Notes under the pieces: generated by a model | The model's database searches: none | Seen by the model: the letters and a program-made list of their open reading frames with translations, nothing else | What the model was told of the DNA's origin: nothing | In this document: in pieces, positions 57,920 through 64,000 of the stretch | How the letters are laid out: each line of letters begins with the position of its first letter | How positions within the stretch are numbered: position 1 is the first letter of the stretch | Made by a program: the position numbers and the translations under genes | IMG/VR virus record: IMGVR_UViG_3300032753_000007 | Span: 45,753-109,752 of that record | Reading direction: 5' to 3' (one strand) | Length of the DNA: 64,000 bases | DNA from: a virus

Positions 57920-58732
57920 ATGGAAAGACAGCTCGGTGAGGTGATTGGTGTCAGTATAGGATCAGCCATTGCATTAGAAGGAATACTCACTGGTACAGTG
58001 CCTGTTAATGATTACAGTAAAATCTATATTAATTTAAAGACATTACATCGTAATTATTTCGGTACATTTAAAGCCATTGATATGCCTCCATTAAAAGCAT
58101 ATAAATCAGAGTTTTTTAAAGAACTCACTAAAATACAATCTATTATTACAGAAACATTACCAGGTAACTTACAGCCAGTATTTTATCTATGCACACATAA
58201 GACCATTATAAACCAAATGCCTTATGCTAAAATTAAAACTAAGTTTACTGATAAACAAAATAATTTCTTAGAGTTAGAAAAACTCTGTTTAGAAAACATT
58301 AAGCTATTAAACAAGCTAGCAATATTGCCACAAGTATTTGATACACTCATTAATGGATATAAAACACGTTCATTAATCCTTACCCATCATCCAGTTGATT
58401 TATTAAGTGCGCATACATTTAGAGAACTCATTTTGTTAGAGTCACACACGGGCACAACTAAAGATAAATTACATTGGTTTTCAAAATTATCGAAAAAAGA
58501 AGATTATCAAAATATTCCTTTTAATCCATTAACATTGCAATTGTTTGGTGATAACAATAATTTATTAGAATCAGAAAGCCATAAAATGATTAAAGCATTT
58601 ATGGCTATTGCTACTACTAATCGTTGGAATCGTATGACCAATATTGAAAAAATGAAACTAGATATCAGAAAAATCAATGATAAAGCATTTTCTCAGTATC
58701 TAATTGCAATGTCTTCTATTAACCTTAAATAA
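57920..58732 (+). CDS. conserved protein (phiKZ gp66-like, possibly nuclease fold)
   Basis: 270 aa; NLKTLHRN, THHPVDLL, LLESHTG and LQLFGD segments; follows sbcD. Confidence 0.6.
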   Translation: MERQLGEVIGVSIGSAIALEGILTGTVPVNDYSKIYINLKTLHRNYFGTFKAIDMPPLKAYKSEFFKELTKIQSIITETLPGNLQPVFYLCTHKTIINQMPYAKIKTKFTDKQNNFLELEKLCLENIKLLNKLAILPQVFDTLINGYKTRSLILTHHPVDLLSAHTFRELILLESHTGTTKDKLHWFSKLSKKEDYQNIPFNPLTLQLFGDNNNLLESESHKMIKAFMAIATTNRWNRMTNIEKMKLDIRKINDKAFSQYLIAMSSINLK

Positions 58733-58744
58733 AGAGATATAATA

Positions 58745-59389
58745 ATGGCTGAATTTAATGGTGGTGGATTTCCACCACGCCCTTGGACAGTATGGCAGCA
58801 TAAAGTATTTCAACGTTTTGGTAAGCCGTGGGCACCAAACGATTATAAAGCTATCCCTAGTATGCACTTTAAGATAGAAAATGGAAAACCTGGTTTTGTA
58901 TTTTACATCAATGAGCCTAATGGTCAGCCTGGTGCAGTAGTAACTGCTTTTGCTCAAGCCGATGACTTTTATAGCTTTTTAGAAGCATTTGAAGCAGTCT
59001 GTCATGGTAAAGAAGAAAAAGTAGTAATAGAGTTTAAAACTATGTTTAATGGCCAACAGCGTTTAGAACAACCTATGGTTATTTCTAAACTAATTGTAGG
59101 TATTAATGCTGATAAAATTATCTATATTAGTGTAGCAGCTAAAGGTAAAAAACAACCTATCTTTGAAATGCTGCCTTCTATTAATGTTGGATTTAATGGT
59201 GCTGATGGCGAGCGTCTTAATACTGAACAGGCAAGTAAGTATTGTGCGTTAGGGTACATTAAACGAATTAGAGGTGCTGCTGATACTTACCTATCATTAA
59301 AAGTAGAAGAGCCACCACAAAAAAATAAACCAATGAATCAACCATCATCACGATCGACGACTGATTGGGAAACTGATGTAACATTTTAA
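58745..59389 (+). CDS. putative ChmC-like nucleus-associated RNA-binding protein (phiKZ gp67 position)
   Basis: 214 aa; directly upstream of the gp68-like gene; beta-rich core with disordered C-tail. Called mainly by synteny. Confidence 0.5.
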   Translation: MAEFNGGGFPPRPWTVWQHKVFQRFGKPWAPNDYKAIPSMHFKIENGKPGFVFYINEPNGQPGAVVTAFAQADDFYSFLEAFEAVCHGKEEKVVIEFKTMFNGQQRLEQPMVISKLIVGINADKIIYISVAAKGKKQPIFEMLPSINVGFNGADGERLNTEQASKYCALGYIKRIRGAADTYLSLKVEEPPQKNKPMNQPSSRSTTDWETDVTF

Positions 59390-59395
59390 TACCTA

Positions 59396-59427
59396 TACTA
59401 CGCAGTGAGATTACTCACTGCGTAGTA
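59396..59427 (+). terminator. terminator hairpin
   Basis: TACTACGCAGTGAG-atta-CTCACTGCGTAGTA. Confidence 0.75.
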
Positions 59428-59492
59428 GTAAAATAATTAAAAGTTTTATATAGATACATTATATATTTGTTAGTCAACTTTATAGGAGTTTT

Positions 59493-60974
59493 ATGGACTT
59501 ACAATTGGTATTACAAGTACCACCATTAATAGTAACTCGATTTGATAATGGCGATATAATTGAGTGGTCTGCAGGGTATTGGAATAGAGGAAGAGTTAAA
59601 GCTAAAATACAACACCATGATGATGTTGGCAATATTGTTGATCCTGATTTATTTAATGTCATTAATAATTATTTAGCAGTGCTATCTATAGATGATCGAT
59701 GCAGTATTGAGCAAGGTTATAGAGAAGCGTTTCATGCATTAAATACAGTGACTGAAATTGATAGATTAGATTCAATGTTAATGTCAGCCATTAATAAAAT
59801 CTTTTCTCCGTTTATATGGCATCACTTTGTAGAATGGTTAATTGTTTATGGTAATGTTAATTTAGAAATTGGTCGTAAAGATGCATTAAATGAAAAACAA
59901 TCATTAGAACGTACTTACTTTACAAAAGACTACGCTGAGCTTGTAGCATTTAGTGTAATGTTAAAATTAATTATGCCTATTTGGGGTAATTATGAACGCA
60001 TTGTAAAAACAACATTAAATTCAGACCATATGCTAATTCATGGTGTAGAATTAATTCAATGCGATACAGTTGTAAATTGTCCTGCTTATATTAAGTTATG
60101 TCAGCATATTAATAATTATATTACCGCTGAATTACAATTAAGTGGGTTTAGTATTATGGGCGGCATTGGATATGAGGAAATGCCTGAGTTTTTATTAGCA
60201 ATGGTGTTGTGGAAAAAAGTTATTATATTTGATCCACGATCACATGAGCATTCTATTGTTAGTGATGTACATAATTTGTTATTTGATAAGTGTAAGCGCT
60301 TAGTCATTACGGGCCCTGCACAAAAAATGGCAACTAATGTAAAGGGCGAAGATGTGCCAGTTACAGATATGTTTAAAACACAACAGAAAATAGCGCCTGG
60401 CATCATAGTAATGATTGAACACTTTATTGAAGAACATGCATTAATGGCCTTCATGCCAATTACAGAAAGCATGTTTAATGAAGTTAATCGTTGTACGCCA
60501 CCCGTTATTCCAATGAATGAGTTATCTGGATTTGTATTATCATTGTTGTTTGGTAACTCAATTGGTATAAGAACTAAAGAATTGATTACTATAAAATCAA
60601 TTATTCTATTAACTCAAGTAGGCGTATTAAAATTAAAAGCATTAGGGTATCCTACATTAGCCGCTATGCTTATTGGCATTGCTATACCTAAAGATACAAC
60701 ACAACATATATTTTCTGATAATCAGTACATTGCTCGTTTATCAGAGAGTCAAATAAAAGCGATTAACGCGCTTTATAGTGATAGCCACATTGCAGGTAGA
60801 GATAATCCTGCAATTAAAATGTTTGATATTATTGCTAAAGAGTTATCAGTGTATAATTGGAGTCATTATACCATAATAGATAACGAAGTTTACGAAGAAG
60901 ATATTGAGTTGTTAAATTTAATGATTGAATTAGCTAACTTATTACTATACACCTATACCACAGAGGAAAAATAA
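59493..60974 (+). CDS. non-virion RNAP promoter-specificity subunit (phiKZ gp68-like)
   Basis: 493 aa; RTY...DY.ELV..S..LK..MPIWG.Y segment; gene order. Confidence 0.65.
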   Translation: MDLQLVLQVPPLIVTRFDNGDIIEWSAGYWNRGRVKAKIQHHDDVGNIVDPDLFNVINNYLAVLSIDDRCSIEQGYREAFHALNTVTEIDRLDSMLMSAINKIFSPFIWHHFVEWLIVYGNVNLEIGRKDALNEKQSLERTYFTKDYAELVAFSVMLKLIMPIWGNYERIVKTTLNSDHMLIHGVELIQCDTVVNCPAYIKLCQHINNYITAELQLSGFSIMGGIGYEEMPEFLLAMVLWKKVIIFDPRSHEHSIVSDVHNLLFDKCKRLVITGPAQKMATNVKGEDVPVTDMFKTQQKIAPGIIVMIEHFIEEHALMAFMPITESMFNEVNRCTPPVIPMNELSGFVLSLLFGNSIGIRTKELITIKSIILLTQVGVLKLKALGYPTLAAMLIGIAIPKDTTQHIFSDNQYIARLSESQIKAINALYSDSHIAGRDNPAIKMFDIIAKELSVYNWSHYTIIDNEVYEEDIELLNLMIELANLLLYTYTTEEK

Positions 60975-60976
60975 CA

Positions 60977-62599
60977 ATGAGTGAACAACAAACTGAAGGA
61001 CAAGCGTACATTGATAGTTCTTTTTTAGAACCTAAATCAGTTGTTAGAAGAGCAATGCTCATTCTCATGCCACCTCAACATGAGCAGTATTTACGGCCTT
61101 ATATGTCTGGTAATTCAGCTGAAGGTTTAGACTTAGTACTTGAAGCTACAAATGGTGGTGCAAATTTATCATCTGCTGTATTTTCTAACATTGCATCTAA
61201 AGTACTAACGCCTACATGGGAGCCTAGAGCAGAATTGAAAATTCCAAATACCATGCGTAATTTACGATATGCATTCTATATTGAAATAGAAACAATGTCC
61301 GTGTATGGTCGTGAAGTAGAAATTATTAAAGGCTTTACTAATTATGATGGTGTTAGTCAAGGCGGTCATTTAGATCCTAACATGTGGTTTTATATAAACC
61401 ATAGACAATTAGTATCTCTAGAAAAGTTTAATTCGCCTCGTATAGAGCCAGCTACCATGCGTCATGATAACATGGTATTATCTAATATTGGTGGAATTGA
61501 TAATGGCGTAGTAATGCGGCCTGAAGATATTATTTATCATCAGCAATACAATCCAATGCAAACTGTTGGTTATGGTAAAGTTATTGAAGTACGTACTAAA
61601 CTCGATGGTGTTGCTAAATATGCACAACATACGCACCATATGCCAGCTGAATATTTAAGCAATATATTAAATGCTTATGTAACTGCAGTTGATCCAAATA
61701 AAGCAAGTACGCAAGATGAGTTAAAACGACAAAGTGTTGATTACTATAGCGATGCATATGCTACATTAAAAACATCAAACTTAGATAGGAGTAATTTTTA
61801 TCTAACGATGTCTAATGGCAGTGCTTTACAAAGCCATTGTTTTAATCTAGATCAGTTTAGTAAAGCATTTAACGTAGATGATAGTATTTGGGAAATTATA
61901 CAGCCCTCTAAAAAGTTACAGTATTCATTAATTGACCATACATCTACGTGGAAATCAGCATCAGTTGAAACTAATGTAGCATTTTCATTAACACATATGG
62001 TGCCTGCATTAATGGCTAAAGTGTTAATTGATAGTTTACATTTTAGTATTAATAACCTAAACTTTACAGGTGAACCCGATATTGGCATTTGGTCATTTAT
62101 GCGACATGCCACTAATAAAGCAGTTAATGAAATACAATTAGCTGATTACATTAAAGGCAGAATTAATATTGATTTAGTACGTGGCTTATTAATGCAAAAA
62201 GCATATACGTATAACATTACTGTTAAATGCGATACAATGACGAATATCAATATCGAAATGTCGTTAGATGGAAATCCAAAAGAAATTTATAATTCGCCTT
62301 TATTCTGTTCATCAAAATACAGTCCAATGATTGGTACTGATGAGCATGATTTACAATTACTCTCCAGTAGCATTGATACATTAGCAGAAAATATAATTAA
62401 TCAGCGGTATGGCTATCATACACCAATGCCTAATGAAAGATTTGATGCACCAGAGTGGTCTGGATTTGAAGCAGGTCATTTAGATAGTCTCTATCCTCGC
62501 AATGACGAGCTAGTATGTGAACAACCCTTTTCATTTATTCAACAGCATCCAAAGCCACGGGCATTAATGGATGAGCTATCTAGCTATAGACCTTTATAA
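60977..62599 (+). CDS. putative nuclear-import factor PicA/Imp1 (phiKZ gp69 position)
   Basis: 540 aa; Q.LRPY, G.T.YDG....G.LDPNM..YIN, MRPED and PLFC segments; gene order. Confidence 0.6.
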   Translation: MSEQQTEGQAYIDSSFLEPKSVVRRAMLILMPPQHEQYLRPYMSGNSAEGLDLVLEATNGGANLSSAVFSNIASKVLTPTWEPRAELKIPNTMRNLRYAFYIEIETMSVYGREVEIIKGFTNYDGVSQGGHLDPNMWFYINHRQLVSLEKFNSPRIEPATMRHDNMVLSNIGGIDNGVVMRPEDIIYHQQYNPMQTVGYGKVIEVRTKLDGVAKYAQHTHHMPAEYLSNILNAYVTAVDPNKASTQDELKRQSVDYYSDAYATLKTSNLDRSNFYLTMSNGSALQSHCFNLDQFSKAFNVDDSIWEIIQPSKKLQYSLIDHTSTWKSASVETNVAFSLTHMVPALMAKVLIDSLHFSINNLNFTGEPDIGIWSFMRHATNKAVNEIQLADYIKGRINIDLVRGLLMQKAYTYNITVKCDTMTNINIEMSLDGNPKEIYNSPLFCSSKYSPMIGTDEHDLQLLSSSIDTLAENIINQRYGYHTPMPNERFDAPEWSGFEAGHLDSLYPRNDELVCEQPFSFIQQHPKPRALMDELSSYRPL

Positions 62600-62608
62600 G
62601 GAACACTA

Positions 62609-63997
62609 ATGCATACCCATGTTACTAATACTAATATAACATTATTAGATTTCTATAAAGAAATCTTACAAACATTAGATTATATTATTAAAGATGATTA
62701 CATCTTTAGTCAGTATGATGATAAAACACCAGCACAGTTAAAAGTAAATGGTGAAATAAGACCATTAGTATTGCCAACACGCAATATTATAAAAACAGGT
62801 GATTGGACTACGCTCTATGCATTTCATCCAGGCTCAGAATCGCCTTATGCAGGTCAAAGTGAAATCATTAGTTTCTTAGCAATGGCATTTAGTGTTAAAT
62901 TATATAATAGCGTTCAGCAGTTAGTATCTGCTATTATTGAATTAGGTATGGATGAATCTAAACTAGGTACATTATCATTGCCACAAAAAAAGCTATTGAG
63001 TCAATTTAGTTTTGATAAAACGACTTATAAACTAGCCATTAGTATTATTAAAAACAATACAGGGTGTTCAGGTGCAGCGCCATTAATAACCACTCGTTTT
63101 GAACGAGGTGGTGTAATTGATGATGAGCAATATGCTAGAATTTGTATTATCGTACCACATGTATTAAATGGTACTGATAAGATCTGTGGCGTAACACCTA
63201 GCTCAATCAAAAGTAAAGATAATATACTGGCATTATATAAAGCCATATTACCACCTAAATTAAAAGTAGGCAGCAACAATACCGCTATTCCTTATTTTGC
63301 AGCGTTACTTACGATGATGAAAGAAACATTTGATCATCTAAATGAATTAGTTGAAACATTAGGCAATCATTCGCCTATCCATACAACCAGTACAGAATGG
63401 TTTGCGTACATTAAAAATGTACCTAAATTAGTAAAAGCTGAATTACCCCAGCAATTTATTGGCAATATTGGAAAGCCATTACAAAAGAAAGATAATGATG
63501 ATGATAAAAAAGAACCTATTAATACACAGCGCTTAGTAGCGCCTATTGTGGGTAGTTCACCTACACCACCAAATCATCAAGTACCTCCAATGATGCAACA
63601 GCAACCTCAGCCTGTAAATCAAATACAGCCACTCATGCAGCAAGTAGCAGCTGTACCTAATGATAATATTAGTCCTGCTAAACGCGCATTAATGGCAAAA
63701 CAAGGTCAGTTTGGTTATCCGCCTCCACCACCACCAAACTATGGTGATTATCCAAATCAATATATGCAAAACAATCAGTATATGCAGCCAAATCCTATGC
63801 AAATGAATCAGCTGCCGCCTGCTATGCAACATATTTATGGTGGTGCAAGTATGTCACCACCCATGCAACAAACGAACCCATACCTACAACCAGGGTATGA
63901 CCAATACGGCAATCCAATTAACTACTCTAATCAAACTAATATTAATACTCTAAATGGGTTTAATATGCAAAAGTTTGGTAAAACAATAATACGGTAA
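62609..63997 (+). CDS. conserved chmA-block protein (phiKZ gp70 position) with P/Q/N/M/Y-rich tail
   Basis: 462 aa; PLVLPT, FHP.SE...GQS and GSN....PYF segments; low-complexity C-terminal third. Confidence 0.6.
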   Translation: MHTHVTNTNITLLDFYKEILQTLDYIIKDDYIFSQYDDKTPAQLKVNGEIRPLVLPTRNIIKTGDWTTLYAFHPGSESPYAGQSEIISFLAMAFSVKLYNSVQQLVSAIIELGMDESKLGTLSLPQKKLLSQFSFDKTTYKLAISIIKNNTGCSGAAPLITTRFERGGVIDDEQYARICIIVPHVLNGTDKICGVTPSSIKSKDNILALYKAILPPKLKVGSNNTAIPYFAALLTMMKETFDHLNELVETLGNHSPIHTTSTEWFAYIKNVPKLVKAELPQQFIGNIGKPLQKKDNDDDKKEPINTQRLVAPIVGSSPTPPNHQVPPMMQQQPQPVNQIQPLMQQVAAVPNDNISPAKRALMAKQGQFGYPPPPPPNYGDYPNQYMQNNQYMQPNPMQMNQLPPAMQHIYGGASMSPPMQQTNPYLQPGYDQYGNPINYSNQTNINTLNGFNMQKFGKTIIR

Positions 63998-64000
63998 ATA

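Noticed and set aside
185-63279. Short ORFs antisense to or nested in long genes (e.g. 3375, 5178, 7602, 14706, 16368, 39476, 44555, 60116, 63025)
   Set aside because: They are shadows of codon bias in well-supported genes, with no SD or recognisable motifs.
1-64000. Stop-codon reassignment
   Set aside because: Core genes are full length under code 11, and TAA, TAG and TGA all end genes at sensible boundaries.
1-64000. CRISPR array, tRNA or rRNA genes
   Set aside because: No regularly spaced repeat-spacer units or cloverleaf/T-loop signatures seen by eye; the palindromes all differ in sequence.

Overview
AT-rich, densely coding segment of a nucleus-forming jumbo phage (phiKZ-like, Chimalliviridae), read with the standard genetic code. 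From left to right it holds: a tail block (gp182-like protein and a 2157-aa gp181-like tape measure with a muramidase domain); virion RNA polymerase subunits (beta' catalytic, beta, small beta'-C) and the prohead protease; an accessory island (macrodomain, outer-membrane beta-barrel, VPEID-CTERM-like protein, micro-ORFs); tail tube, sheath, baseplate-like genes and large terminase; PhuZ tubulin; family-B DNA polymerase; a 560-bp palindrome/iteron-rich non-coding region; and the chimallin (chmA) block with non-virion RNAP beta', SbcD and positional equivalents of ChmC, gp68, PicA and gp70. All homology calls come from motif recognition and gene order, not from searches. Most notable: (1) a GNAT acetyltransferase-like domain fused in frame to the virion RNAP catalytic subunit; (2) two self-contained early-gene cassettes sharing an ~85-bp promoter plus two-hairpin leader, one carrying a 13-aa copy of the adjacent DNA polymerase with only synonymous changes; (3) nested domain insertions in the tail sheath; (4) a candidate replication origin with C-GTA-G hairpins and a skew switch; (5) phage-encoded envelope proteins; (6) many loopless perfect-palindrome terminators.
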